Shown here: one piece after another, positions 11,511 to 21,991 of the stretch
Layout: every line of letters starts with the position of its first letter
How positions within the stretch are numbered: position 1 is the first letter of the stretch
IMG/VR virus record: IMGVR_UViG_3300023178_001963
Length of the DNA stretch: 64,000 nucleotides
Strand: one strand, 5' to 3'
DNA from: a virus
Notes under the pieces: model-generated
What the model was told of the DNA's origin: nothing
What the model saw: the letters and a program-made list of their open reading frames with translations, nothing else
Database searches by the model: none
Made by a program: the position numbers and the translations under genes

Positions 11511-12139
11511 AATCCAGGAACATAACTCCACATTTTAGCAGTTTCAATCCTTAGGGCGGCAAGACGTTCATCCGTTTTGTCGCCTCTTTTTATGTTTGTT
11601 TGTATTTCATCTGTTATTTCAAACCACTTCTCTCTATTGATTAATTTTATAATATTGTGATTTTCTATTTTGTCAACCCCCTCGTAGTAGAAGTAATGTA
11701 TCAAAGCATCGAATTGCGGTTGACCTAACGGTTGTGTTACGAACTTTTCAAGTACATTTCCAATAGCACGTAATTGTTTTTCTAATATAAATTTTGCGGC
11801 ATCAATTGTTACTTTTTGTTCTGAAATGTCTACACGCTGTGAAGCAACTGTGATATATCCATACTTAAATTCAACATCAGGTATTTCATAATTGTAACCT
11901 ATCATACCATTTCTTATTTCAAGTGAAGGTATAACATCGTTAACAATAGCATCTTTGCTCATGTTACTGAATACTAGTTCATTTGCTGGGAATGTTTTAA
12001 CACGTGTATACGAAAGTGTATACGAAGGTTGTTCATTGATATCATAACCAGTACCTAGATATGTACCGTAAGGTGTTATAACATTCAACGGAAGCTGAAT
12101 GTAATTTAACAATGATCCTTTTCGTTTATCATAAATCAT
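11507..12139 (-). CDS. Baseplate-associated lysozyme-like protein (possibly degenerate)
   Basis: '[14 protein letters not shown]' and C-terminal '[12 protein letters not shown]' resemble phage lysozyme (GH24) motifs; follows the gp5-like gene. Confidence 0.55.
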   Translation of the reverse strand: MIYDKRKGSLLNYIQLPLNVITPYGTYLGTGYDINEQPSYTLSYTRVKTFPANELVFSNMSKDAIVNDVIPSLEIRNGMIGYNYEIPDVEFKYGYITVASQRVDISEQKVTIDAAKFILEKQLRAIGNVLEKFVTQPLGQPQFDALIHYFYYEGVDKIENHNIIKLINREKWFEITDEIQTNIKRGDKTDERLAALRIETAKMWSYVPGF

Positions 12140-12140
12140 A

Positions 12141-14177
12141 TTACGCTGTCCTTATTTGTCTTAACCAACTTGGCGCTGTTGCTGAAGTATGTGATGATCC
12201 CCAAATTGCTGCTGGCGATGATGGAGCGATATCAACATGAATACCTACATTACCCATATAACCTGGACCTACACCAATACTTGTTGCTCCTGCACTGAAA
12301 CATGCTTGGCAGAATTTTTTCATAATAGGCAAATCAGAGTTACTAGTACAACTTAGTTTTTTACCATTACTATAAATCCAAACATCAGCAGCAAAGCCAT
12401 TATCATGTCTTATACTACCAGTTCTACGTCCACCTGGCGTGCCTTTTGGATCTTGTCCTCCAGAGAAAATATCAACATCGACACCTGCAGATTCTGCTGC
12501 TCTTTCTAGTATACTAAACAGTCTATTTTGAATTGGTTTGTTTCTTGTTTGATTGGAGAAACCACTGATATATTTAACAGAACCAGAACCGTTACCTGTT
12601 TGCTCTTCTATAGATGTATCAGTAGTAAGTTGCTCTGCTGGCGGTTCAGATTCATCATTTCTAATTTTACTTAGTGGATCTTCTTTTACTGGAGGGATGC
12701 TACCAGAGTTTACCGTCGAACCACCATCACTCGAACTACTGGTATTAGCAGGAGCAGGTTTCTTTCTAAGCATAGGTTCATGTGATACCATTGTAGATAA
12801 TACAGATTCGTCTATTTTTGTTGTTTCTAAGTTTTGAATATCAGCATGTGATACAGTAGATATACCAGGAGATATTGCTGCTTTTGGACCATTCAAATGT
12901 AAGATACCACCTGTTGTGACATACATATTTGTTTTTACATTTGTATGATTTGCACCACCACTAGTGAAGAATTGTGTTCCACCGCTTTTTACATGAAACT
13001 GGTCATCAGCATTAATGTGATAATCATTGCCTGCTTTCATGTTAATATTATTTCCTGCTTCAATGTTTATATTTTGGTCAGCACGTAAGTTGAAATCTTT
13101 TTCTGCTCTCATAGATATAGAGCCTTGCCCATATACCATTACTTCACCTGCGGCGCCAATTTCAACCCAACCTGAACCAGTGGAATTAATCATATAAATC
13201 ATATCGTTTGTACCATCTAAGATGACACTTGCGCCGCTGCCTGTTTGTATTCTAATCTGATTTGGATGTACAAAACCGTCATCACCTACACTACCGTCAT
13301 CAATAGTAATAGCATTTGAACCAGGTGTTTTCCAACCATACACAGAGTTTGGTTTAGGTTCTTTATAACTTGCGTTACGAGTTGGACTCGCTGTAGTTTG
13401 ACCTCTTATTGAATCAGCATATATACCTTGAGTAGCAGTGTTTATATTTCTTGGATGATTTTCTGCTTCTTCGTTTCTCTTTGTTTTTGTGTTCTTATTG
13501 TTAGAAGTATTCTTTTGATTTCTACCAGTAGTAACCTCGTCTTCTGGTTTTTCTTTTCCTTCTTTAACACGAAATAATCCGTCTTTTCCATCTAGCTTAT
13601 CAGAAAGACCAATATCTTTTGAATCTGTACCTACATTACGTCTTGCCGCTCTGGAGTCAGAGTCCATCTTCTTATCTATTACAGTAGTATCTTTACCTTG
13701 TGCTTTAGATAATTCAATGTGGTTCGATTTAGCAGCAGGTTGATTTTTAAAACTTCCTTCACCCTGACCGGTACCGTCAGCTTTTGCTTTGCCAGCTGCA
13801 CCACCAGCAGCAACGTCAGGTACTTCTTGCGCCACAGCAAAGTAATAACCTTCACTTAGTTCACCATCGTCAGCAAAGAATACCATAATAGTTACACCAG
13901 CATCGGGCGGCGTAGAAAAGAAACCATATGAACCGTTAGCATTAGCTCCAGCAAATGGCGAAGCATACTGAAAAAATAACGGGTTATCAGGATCACCTCC
14001 TAATTTAGGAATATAAGCTGCGACTCTACCACGTCCCTCGGGATCAGGCTTGCCACCAACAGTTATAGCATGATATATACCACTACTAACAGCATTAAGA
14101 GCCGGGTTCTCACCACGTTTTCTCTCTCTTTTTACACTTTTAGCAAAGTTGTTTGTATTTTCATTCTGTAAACTCAT
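12141..14177 (-). CDS. gp5: Baseplate hub/spike protein (gp5/VgrG-like) with C-terminal peptidase M15-type domain
   Basis: OB-fold motif 'DPEGRGRVAAYIP..YASPF..PDAGVTIMVFF', beta-helix-like repeats, and C-terminal 'HDNGFAAD' (H-x6-D) plus 'IHVD'. Confidence 0.8.
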   Translation of the reverse strand: MSLQNENTNNFAKSVKRERKRGENPALNAVSSGIYHAITVGGKPDPEGRGRVAAYIPKLGGDPDNPLFFQYASPFAGANANGSYGFFSTPPDAGVTIMVFFADDGELSEGYYFAVAQEVPDVAAGGAAGKAKADGTGQGEGSFKNQPAAKSNHIELSKAQGKDTTVIDKKMDSDSRAARRNVGTDSKDIGLSDKLDGKDGLFRVKEGKEKPEDEVTTGRNQKNTSNNKNTKTKRNEEAENHPRNINTATQGIYADSIRGQTTASPTRNASYKEPKPNSVYGWKTPGSNAITIDDGSVGDDGFVHPNQIRIQTGSGASVILDGTNDMIYMINSTGSGWVEIGAAGEVMVYGQGSISMRAEKDFNLRADQNINIEAGNNINMKAGNDYHINADDQFHVKSGGTQFFTSGGANHTNVKTNMYVTTGGILHLNGPKAAISPGISTVSHADIQNLETTKIDESVLSTMVSHEPMLRKKPAPANTSSSSDGGSTVNSGSIPPVKEDPLSKIRNDESEPPAEQLTTDTSIEEQTGNGSGSVKYISGFSNQTRNKPIQNRLFSILERAAESAGVDVDIFSGGQDPKGTPGGRRTGSIRHDNGFAADVWIYSNGKKLSCTSNSDLPIMKKFCQACFSAGATSIGVGPGYMGNVGIHVDIAPSSPAAIWGSSHTSATAPSWLRQIRTA

Positions 14178-14178
14178 A

Positions 14179-17100
14179 TCATTCAGCCTCTTCTATTGGT
14201 GTAAATACGTCAAGTGAGCCTATCTCTGTTCTCAATGGCCCACCTGCATTTTCAGGATCTAATTGTTTTCTTCTCGCTGTTGTTATGTTCGGAAATATAT
14301 TTCCTATACGACTTATAAAATTGTTCATTACAGCTGGTGTTAGACCATGATTATCAGAAAATGAAGTTATTCCTAAATCTTCTGCTGTTAATACTTGTGT
14401 ATTACCGTTTGCGTCTGTATATGGTATATCTGGAAATTCATCCCAAACTAGATACAATTCAGTAAACGTTTCTACATTTCCATCTCCAAAATCAAAAGTT
14501 TCCTGTACTTCTTTACGAGGTAAGTTTTCTATAGCTTTTCTTACATCAGCCCATATATCATTTGCAGCTCTTAGCTCTTTAGAAACTTCTTCACTAACTG
14601 TTATTATATCACCAGTTGCTGTTGTAATTGGTACTGTTATTGTACCGTCTCCATTGTCTATAGCAGGCGAAGGTAACGCACCAGGAGGTTTAGGTATAAT
14701 AACAGGTTGATCTATCAATGAAGGTTTGACTTGCACTCTTGTTTCCGTTTCACCTGTTTCTGGATTAGTCAGAACTGTCACAGTATCTAAAACAAACGGA
14801 GAAGTGTTGTTTTCTTCGATTAGTTTTTCTTCTTCTAATCTTTCTTTTTCTTTAATTCTTTCTTTTTCTACTTCTGGGTCTAATTCAAATACATCTAGTT
14901 CTTCTGTTACAGTTTCTAACTCTTCAGTTAAAGTTTCAACTTTTTTTACATTGTCAGTGTTATCTGTTATACTATCTAACTCTGGCGTAGAGTTTGATTC
15001 GGTAAATCCTAAATCAGTTATTGGAATTCCTGCTGAACCTGCTGCAGTTGTCATAAGTTCGGTGTATATAGAACGCAATTCGGGATCATCGGGTAATCCA
15101 TCAACACCTTCTCCAAATTCAGCAACCATTGAATTAAGAAGATATTGTGCATCTTCTGTGTTGATATTTGTTCCACCTAATGTACTAAGTAAGCCGCTAA
15201 GGTTACCAACAGTTGGATTTGACACCGCGGTATCTACCCCTTCCTGAAATGCTATAGAATCAAAACCATTACCATCACCACCACCGACGTTTGCATTGCC
15301 TCCAGCACCTTGTATGTTTCCATCTTCGTCAACAGCAAATATACCATTTCCACCTGTAACCCCATCAACTCCTATAGAAGTATCGCCAAATCCTCCGAAA
15401 GCATCCAACTCTTCTTCTATGTCTATTGCTTCCAGTCTAGGTATATCCTTAAAGAATCTAGGTACAGGTATTCTTATAGCATCAAATGTTTGTGTAAACA
15501 TTCCACCACTAAATGAACTTATAGTAGAACGAACTAGATATATGAATATTTCTAATTCTTCTACCATAATGTTATCATGTTCATCGACCCCATCTGCTTT
15601 ATTCACAACAAGAACAAAATAATTGTTACCATTTATATTAGTAAAAAATCCTTTATTATTATCATTTGTATTGTTTTGACCGAAATGCGTTCTCTGTTGT
15701 TCTTTAGTTAAATAATATTCCAACCAAAACGGATCGCCTTTAATAGTCATACTAAGTTGATGCATACTTGTATCACCATCTAAAGATTCATAAAACTTCT
15801 GTCTTGCTAGTTCCATTTCTTCTTGATCTGGAACTTTGAATACTCTGGGTTTCTTCTCCTCCATAAGTGATGGAATAATAGCACGTTTAAAGATTAAAGG
15901 GTTCAAAATCAAAGTATCAAGTAACGCACCAAAGGATTTACTATCCATCTTACTAGATATCAAATCATCACCTAACTCTTCTGCTAGTATAAATCCACCA
16001 TTTGAAAACTGTGAAAGTGTAGCAGATTGTTTAGCTGCCTGTGCTTGGAGTGCATCACCTAACTGTATACCTAATTGTTCCTCAAAACGTCTTTTTATGT
16101 TTGAGTCTATTTTATTTTGATTTGCCTGCTCTGTATTTCTTTGATTATTAATTTCTTTAAGTTGTTTGTCTAACTGTTGTAATCTGTTAAAACCTTCATT
16201 GTTTTTTAATTCAGCAAATTCTTCTGGAAATTCTCTTTGTAGTGCTGCTAAAGATACAGAGTCTCCATTATCTAATGCTTCTTGTAAAGTTTGGAATCTC
16301 TTTTCAAATTCATCTCGTGCACCAGGTGGTGCATTGGCAACCGTAGAACGTTTTTGACTTGCCATAATTGACAATAACTTAGATTTTTCACCAGCAATTT
16401 CCTCTTGTAACTTTGCGGCTTCTCCGTCTTTTTGGTCTATTAATTTTTGTATGTCATTAGCTTGTTGCTGTAGTTCGTCCACCTTTTGCTGTTGTTTTTC
16501 ACTTAACGCAATATGCAAATTAGAATTTGCTTTCAAAAAAGTAAACGCTGTAAATGAATCTTTGGGTGTATTATATGTTTTTATTAGTTGTCTATCTAAT
16601 GAAACAGTCAAATCTAAAATCTGATCGTTCAAGCCAGTGTAGTGATAATAATAAACTTTTCTACATCTACCAGTGCCAAATATCTCATCTAGAGTTTTCC
16701 TAACTTCCTGCATTTTAGACAATTGGTTAGCAGCATTTTGGTCTATAAATTCACGTTTCATAATAATGTTATAGATTACAGTAGAACCTGTTTCACCTGT
16801 TATAACATTATACCCGCCGGGTTTAGGTATAACATCCGGTTCAATTCGTATAACATTATTAAATGTTTCAGATTCAACCAATATCTCTTTTTTAATTTCA
16901 GCAGATTGAATACATATGTCATGTAGAACGTCAATGACACTCAACCCAGGGGTTATATTACCAACTGTCTCACCGCTATTAATAGAGTTAGTTCTTTTTG
17001 AAACAGTATTATTACCTGCACTTGTATTAACATTTGTACTCGATATCATTGAACTTGATTTAAATCTGTCCATAGATGAATCAAATCTTACTTCATATTC

Positions 17101-18507
17101 AGTTAAAAATCTTAACTGTTCAGCGGTATATGATGTATTTTCTGGAGAACTAACAACATCATTCAAATCATCTATAAAACTATTGATAGTTTCTTCAAGT
17201 GTGTCTTTGATCGTAAATTCGAATGGATACTCTGTTATATTAACATTTGCCAAAGTTGCCATTTGTTGAATTATTGTACCTTCTAAGGTTATAATAGTTC
17301 CAGTTTCGTTAGTTGTAGTTGTGATATCTTTTAACTTGTTAAGTTTGAATGGTATAACTTTTGTAGTTGGTAATTGTGGGGCGTCAGTTGGATCATCTAA
17401 ATTGTAACCATTAAAATTAATTTTCATATAATATGTAGCATCCGCAATAGATGCATAGCCCATAAGCATTACGATACCTATAAGTGTGTCATTTATACTA
17501 GTATTACCAACTTGTCTTAAGTCAAATGAAAGTGATACACCAGTACCTACCATTTTGTTTACATCACCTGACCCTGTTCCCATTGATCTTATTTGTAGAT
17601 TATCTACTGTAAATTCTGTTGTTAACCCAGTTTTAGCAATAGTAACATAGTTAGAATTCTCTGCTGGCCACTGATTATTAATTATTTGTTCGAATGATAC
17701 TGATTTAAAATTTAAAAAACTTTCTGACTCACCAACTGGAACTACAAGAAATTCTAAATCATAACTATAGTTTTCATAAAAATCTAACTCATTTTCCCAA
17801 AATTGGTCTTCATCTTCTAACCAATTCAAAACTGATGTCATATTTTCAAATGTAGTAGAATTAAATGTTGATACGTTATCTGTAGATCCTCTACGACCAC
17901 CTCTTGATGTAGGTCCAGCGGTACTTGTTTGGATATCAGATCCTCTACGACCACCTCTTGATGTAGGTCCAGCGGTACTTGTTTGACTATCAGTACCCAC
18001 TCCTTCTGGAAGTTCAGGTGCGATTTCCGATAATATATCAGGGTTACCTAATCCAGGTAATGTGTTATTTCCTAATTTAGAGGTTGGTGTGCTAACTTCA
18101 CCATTTGCCATCTTTATACCATTTGAAACATGAGGTTTAAAATAGTTTACAGCACTATTACCGCCCTCCATTCTAATCATAGCATTGATTACACGCTCTG
18201 TTGTTTTTGGATTGTTACGTAAATCTATAGGCTGATCTGGATTAATACCAGTTTCTTTAGAAACAATACTAATGTAAGTTGCTGTACTGTTTTCATTAGG
18301 TGGCGCCCAACGACCAATAATATCTCGTAATGTTCTTTTGCCATGCTTCTCTTGGTAAGTATAAAGAGTTTTTGTCATAGCACGAACACCGTGTTCAGGT
18401 GTAGCAAAGGTGACGAAAGAGCCGTCGTCGCCGACTTTTCCTTCCCATGCTGTTGAATTAGTCCTTATATTACCAGGATTATTATTACGTTGTGACCTTA
18501 CCGCCAT
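14179..18507 (-). CDS. Large baseplate hub protein with N-terminal lysozyme-like (RNNNPGNI) domain
   Basis: 'RNNNPGNIR..F.TPEHGVRA..TLRDIIGRWAPPNEN.T..Y' N-terminal domain and 'IKGDPFWL..FSGGMFTQTF' hub-like motif; sits between gp53 and gp5. Confidence 0.7.
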   Translation of the reverse strand: MAVRSQRNNNPGNIRTNSTAWEGKVGDDGSFVTFATPEHGVRAMTKTLYTYQEKHGKRTLRDIIGRWAPPNENSTATYISIVSKETGINPDQPIDLRNNPKTTERVINAMIRMEGGNSAVNYFKPHVSNGIKMANGEVSTPTSKLGNNTLPGLGNPDILSEIAPELPEGVGTDSQTSTAGPTSRGGRRGSDIQTSTAGPTSRGGRRGSTDNVSTFNSTTFENMTSVLNWLEDEDQFWENELDFYENYSYDLEFLVVPVGESESFLNFKSVSFEQIINNQWPAENSNYVTIAKTGLTTEFTVDNLQIRSMGTGSGDVNKMVGTGVSLSFDLRQVGNTSINDTLIGIVMLMGYASIADATYYMKINFNGYNLDDPTDAPQLPTTKVIPFKLNKLKDITTTTNETGTIITLEGTIIQQMATLANVNITEYPFEFTIKDTLEETINSFIDDLNDVVSSPENTSYTAEQLRFLTEYEVRFDSSMDRFKSSSMISSTNVNTSAGNNTVSKRTNSINSGETVGNITPGLSVIDVLHDICIQSAEIKKEILVESETFNNVIRIEPDVIPKPGGYNVITGETGSTVIYNIIMKREFIDQNAANQLSKMQEVRKTLDEIFGTGRCRKVYYYHYTGLNDQILDLTVSLDRQLIKTYNTPKDSFTAFTFLKANSNLHIALSEKQQQKVDELQQQANDIQKLIDQKDGEAAKLQEEIAGEKSKLLSIMASQKRSTVANAPPGARDEFEKRFQTLQEALDNGDSVSLAALQREFPEEFAELKNNEGFNRLQQLDKQLKEINNQRNTEQANQNKIDSNIKRRFEEQLGIQLGDALQAQAAKQSATLSQFSNGGFILAEELGDDLISSKMDSKSFGALLDTLILNPLIFKRAIIPSLMEEKKPRVFKVPDQEEMELARQKFYESLDGDTSMHQLSMTIKGDPFWLEYYLTKEQQRTHFGQNNTNDNNKGFFTNINGNNYFVLVVNKADGVDEHDNIMVEELEIFIYLVRSTISSFSGGMFTQTFDAIRIPVPRFFKDIPRLEAIDIEEELDAFGGFGDTSIGVDGVTGGNGIFAVDEDGNIQGAGGNANVGGGDGNGFDSIAFQEGVDTAVSNPTVGNLSGLLSTLGGTNINTEDAQYLLNSMVAEFGEGVDGLPDDPELRSIYTELMTTAAGSAGIPITDLGFTESNSTPELDSITDNTDNVKKVETLTEELETVTEELDVFELDPEVEKERIKEKERLEEEKLIEENNTSPFVLDTVTVLTNPETGETETRVQVKPSLIDQPVIIPKPPGALPSPAIDNGDGTITVPITTATGDIITVSEEVSKELRAANDIWADVRKAIENLPRKEVQETFDFGDGNVETFTELYLVWDEFPDIPYTDANGNTQVLTAEDLGITSFSDNHGLTPAVMNNFISRIGNIFPNITTARRKQLDPENAGGPLRTEIGSLDVFTPIEEAE
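17884..17985. repeat. Tandem duplication, 54-bp period (48 bp identical), encoding QTSTAGPTSRGGRRGS twice
   Basis: Identical 48-mers at 17884-17931 and 17938-17985. Confidence 0.95.
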
Positions 18508-18510
18508 TCT

Positions 18511-18801
18511 TTATCCCATTCGCTCAATATTCTTCTTTTGTGGAACTCTTATCATTGTACCAGCCTTAAAATCATTTATAGGATCTTGTATCGTATCTGG
18601 ATTTCTTGCTGAAAAAATCCACCAATATTTCGATGTACCATATTTTTCATAGCTGAACAAATCAGGCCTACCATCATATTGCTGAGGTATAAGAATTTCT
18701 TCATCTAGTGGATCTTTTTTAATATATCTTCTTTTTTGAATATCTAAAATTCTATCATATAGAATAGTAGTATTACTCCATGGAGAATGTTTCTTATACA
18801 T
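18511..18801 (-). CDS. gp53: Baseplate wedge protein (gp53-like, LysM-like fold)
   Basis: 'RPDLFSYEKYGTSKYWWIF..N..IQDPINDF' motif. Confidence 0.8.
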   Translation of the reverse strand: MYKKHSPWSNTTILYDRILDIQKRRYIKKDPLDEEILIPQQYDGRPDLFSYEKYGTSKYWWIFSARNPDTIQDPINDFKAGTMIRVPQKKNIERMG

Positions 18802-19387
18802 AACCTCTTCCTTTCAGTTGCCCACTAAGATAAGCATCTAGTGTGAAGTTTTCTCTTACATTTTTAGGAGAATATGTAGTTTGTAATGTCATAACAAATG
18901 TACTACTTACTGGAAGTCTGACAGGTTCTCCATTATCTAAATTATCTACATCAATATAAGACATATCAGAATCTAAGTTATATGTAAAATCTGTTATAAT
19001 AACAGGAACATTTACATACACGCCATGACCAGTAAAACGTAATACAGGTGGTGGGAGACCTCTTTCTTTATCATTTAATCCAAATCTCATTTTCATGGAG
19101 CCTCTAAAAAAGTTCAATGCTTTTATGATATGTCTACCTTGCTCTTCGTTTTCAATTATGATTGGAGCAGCAATAGAAAAACTAGCATTAGCAGCACTTT
19201 CAAAAAATGCTTGTTGATAATTTGAATGTGTTGTGGCTGCCACGTTATAGTTTGTATTGATTATACTACTAATAGTAGGCGTATAAGGAAAGTAAAAGGT
19301 ATTTTCTTTCAAACCCGCCTCTTTCAATCTATTACTTGGGTCCTTTATAAAAACTGGTTGTTCTTCTATATATGGATTGTAAGCCAT
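18794..19387 (-). CDS. Baseplate/tail-tube initiator-like protein
   Basis: 'FPYTPTI..GLPPPVLRFTGHG..NVPVIITDFTY' motif typical of tube-initiator proteins; synteny with gp53. Confidence 0.6.
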   Translation of the reverse strand: MAYNPYIEEQPVFIKDPSNRLKEAGLKENTFYFPYTPTISSIINTNYNVAATTHSNYQQAFFESAANASFSIAAPIIIENEEQGRHIIKALNFFRGSMKMRFGLNDKERGLPPPVLRFTGHGVYVNVPVIITDFTYNLDSDMSYIDVDNLDNGEPVRLPVSSTFVMTLQTTYSPKNVRENFTLDAYLSGQLKGRGYV

Positions 19388-19409
19388 ACTGGTTCTCCTA
19401 AATCTTAGC

Positions 19410-19439
19410 AGTATTTATCTGCGTATAATGTACGAACTT
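19410..19439 (-). promoter_or_regulatory. Late promoter (GATAAATA) with extended conserved upstream element, copy 2
   Basis: Near-identical to 10470-10499. Confidence 0.7.
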
Positions 19440-19444
19440 AACGC

Positions 19445-19473
19445 TTGACAACTGCTTTCTCTGGTTGTATAAT
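19445..19473 (+). promoter_or_regulatory. Consensus sigma70 promoter driving the late-sigma/recombination operon
   Basis: TTGACA-17 bp-TATAAT, followed by an AGGAG RBS. Confidence 0.85.
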
Positions 19474-19496
19474 TAATGTAATATTAGGAGTATACC

Positions 19497-20390
19497 ATGG
19501 CTAGACGAGGTCAAAATTATTTAAACAACAAAGATATGTTAAAACAAATCCACATATCTAAGTCAAACTTTTGTTGGTTTGAAGACAGAGATTTGTATCA
19601 TAAATTTGATATTATTATTGATAATATATCAGGCGAATTAAACATAAAAGAAGAAATTAACGGTCTAATGGATATGGCAAGACAAAATCGTGCTGACCGT
19701 TTACAGAAAGAAGCATGGGATCTAAACACAGACAAAAAGAAAAAACAAGCAGATTTTTCTGTGGATCCAACTTCATTCAATGAAGAAGAAATTGTATTTC
19801 GAGTAATGACTTATGAACACATTCCAGATGAACCCGGACGTAAACAAAACCCAAAGACAGTAGCAGATCATAAAGTGAAACTAAACTTCCCACCTTATAA
19901 GCATTACATTCTTAGAAATGATGAGGTCACTGAAGTTGGTATTTCACATTTTAACAAAAATAAAGAGTTTGATTTAGAGTCTGGTCGTATCACGGCAACA
20001 CTAGCAAACATGTATATCAAGTTAGTTGAGCGTTATTCGCAACGTGCTAACTGGCGTGGTTATACATACATTGACGAAATGCGTGGACAAGCTCTACTAC
20101 AGTTGACACAGATTGGTCTACAGTTTAATGAAGCGAAATCAGATAACCCGTTTGCTTATTACACTGCCGCAGTGAACAACTCATTCACCCGTGTTCTTAA
20201 TATTGAAAAGAAAAATCAAGGTATTCGTGATGACTTGTTAGAGAAGTCAGGACAAGCACCAAGTTGGACAAGGCAACTTGAACACGAAATGAAATCACAA
20301 GAACGTTGGAAAAAAGTTACCAGTACTAAGATTACAGACGAACAAATCCCTACTGAAACTATTAAAGAGATTTACGCAGACGATGACTAA
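19497..20390 (+). CDS. gp55: Late-transcription sigma factor (T4 gp55-like)
   Basis: 'NYLNNKDML', 'NWRGYTYIDEM' and 'NPFAYYTAAVNNSF'; directly upstream of gp47/gp46 as in T4-like phages. Confidence 0.88.
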   Translation: MARRGQNYLNNKDMLKQIHISKSNFCWFEDRDLYHKFDIIIDNISGELNIKEEINGLMDMARQNRADRLQKEAWDLNTDKKKKQADFSVDPTSFNEEEIVFRVMTYEHIPDEPGRKQNPKTVADHKVKLNFPPYKHYILRNDEVTEVGISHFNKNKEFDLESGRITATLANMYIKLVERYSQRANWRGYTYIDEMRGQALLQLTQIGLQFNEAKSDNPFAYYTAAVNNSFTRVLNIEKKNQGIRDDLLEKSGQAPSWTRQLEHEMKSQERWKKVTSTKITDEQIPTETIKEIYADDD

Positions 20391-21393
20391 ACTATTCGAC
20401 AAATTAGCATTCTTTACAGACATTCACTATGGTATGCGAAATAATGCAAGACAGCATAATGAAGACTGTGACGCATTTGTAGACTGGTTCATTGAACAAG
20501 CACACGCTAAAGGATGTGAGACTTGTATCTTTGGTGGAGACTGGCACCACAATCGTGCTAGTCTTAATATCTCTACTATGAAGTGGAGTATTCAAGGATT
20601 AAGAAAGCTAAGTGAAGCATTTGACAATGTTTATATGATTTTAGGTAACCACGATTTGTTTTATCGGGAAAGCCGTGATATAAACTCTGTTGAATTTGTA
20701 GAAGAATTAGAAAATGTTCATCTAATCAGAGATACACATGTAGAAGGTGACGTTGCGCTAGTTAGTTGGTTAGTTGGAGATGAATGGAAAAAAGTACCGA
20801 AAGTAAAATCAAAATATATGTTTGGTCACTTTGAACTTCCGTACTTTATGTTGAATGCTATGGTTGAAATGCCAGATCACGGCGGACTAAAATCTGAAAT
20901 GTTTCAGAACCAAGATTATGTTTTCACGGGTCACTTTCATAAGCGACAAGTAAAAGGTAATGTTATCTATACCGGTAATGCATTCCCGCATAATTTTTCT
21001 GATGCGTGGGATGATGAACGTGGGTGGATGTACTTAGAATGGGATAAAGAGCCAGAGTTTTTTGCTTGGTCAGATGCTCCTAAATATAAGACTATCAAAC
21101 TATCTCAACTCTTAGATAGCCCAGATAAGTATTTGTTACCCAAATCATCCATACGTATCTCTTTAGATATCGATATTTCATATGAAGAAGCAAACTTCAT
21201 CAAAGATACATTTGTAGAAACCTATGACTTAAGAGATATCACACTTGTACCTATCAAGTTATCAGAACACACTGAAGATGTAGGTGCTGAGATACATTTT
21301 GAAACAATAGACCAAATTGTTGTTTCGCAGCTATCTGCACTTGATGGTAGTTACAATACAAATACTCTTATAGAGATATATAACGGACTATAA
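20383..21393 (+). CDS. gp47: Recombination endonuclease subunit (Mre11/SbcD, gp47)
   Basis: Metallophosphoesterase motifs DIHYG, GGDWHH, GNHD, GHFE and GHFH. Confidence 0.93.
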   Translation: MTKLFDKLAFFTDIHYGMRNNARQHNEDCDAFVDWFIEQAHAKGCETCIFGGDWHHNRASLNISTMKWSIQGLRKLSEAFDNVYMILGNHDLFYRESRDINSVEFVEELENVHLIRDTHVEGDVALVSWLVGDEWKKVPKVKSKYMFGHFELPYFMLNAMVEMPDHGGLKSEMFQNQDYVFTGHFHKRQVKGNVIYTGNAFPHNFSDAWDDERGWMYLEWDKEPEFFAWSDAPKYKTIKLSQLLDSPDKYLLPKSSIRISLDIDISYEEANFIKDTFVETYDLRDITLVPIKLSEHTEDVGAEIHFETIDQIVVSQLSALDGSYNTNTLIEIYNGL

Positions 21394-21394
21394 C

Positions 21395-21991
21395 ATGGAA
21401 AACAAACGTGTACTAATAACAGGAAATAGAGACTATGGACTTTGTAAAGCGATATGCGATCTTTTTGATACTGTGGGTGGTATTGATTATAGTGCTTGTA
21501 GTAGGAGCACTGGCTGGCAGCTAGACAAATCTGACGAACAGGATAGACTAGCACAAAAATTTATTGACGATGATTTCAATGTATTCATCAATAATGCAGC
21601 ACTTTGGAAGTACCAACAAACTCTTATCTTAGAAACGTTTTATACAAAGTTACTAGAAGAAAAACGAACGGCGCACATTATAAGTATGGGTTCGACAGCA
21701 GATACTGGTGTTAAGGGTAGAACATGGCGATACCCAACTGAAAAGAAATCACTAAAGGTATACAACAGAGACTTAACTTATATGACTATCGGCGGTTCAA
21801 ATGTCAAAACAACACTTTTATCTCCGGGTAGCTTAACAACACCAAGTGTAGTTAAGAAGCATCCGGATAGAAAACTAATAGATGTTGAATACATAGCTGA
21901 AGTTATTTTATGGTTGATTCAACAACCAGATTATGTTAATATCAATGAGATTAGTTTAGATCCAATTCAATCTGGACATTTCGCAAGATAA
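21395..21991 (+). CDS. Short-chain dehydrogenase/reductase-like protein
   Basis: Rossmann-like 'VLITGNRDYGLC', 'FINNAA', YxxxK (YPTEK) and 'LSPG'. Confidence 0.75.
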   Translation: MENKRVLITGNRDYGLCKAICDLFDTVGGIDYSACSRSTGWQLDKSDEQDRLAQKFIDDDFNVFINNAALWKYQQTLILETFYTKLLEEKRTAHIISMGSTADTGVKGRTWRYPTEKKSLKVYNRDLTYMTIGGSNVKTTLLSPGSLTTPSVVKKHPDRKLIDVEYIAEVILWLIQQPDYVNINEISLDPIQSGHFAR

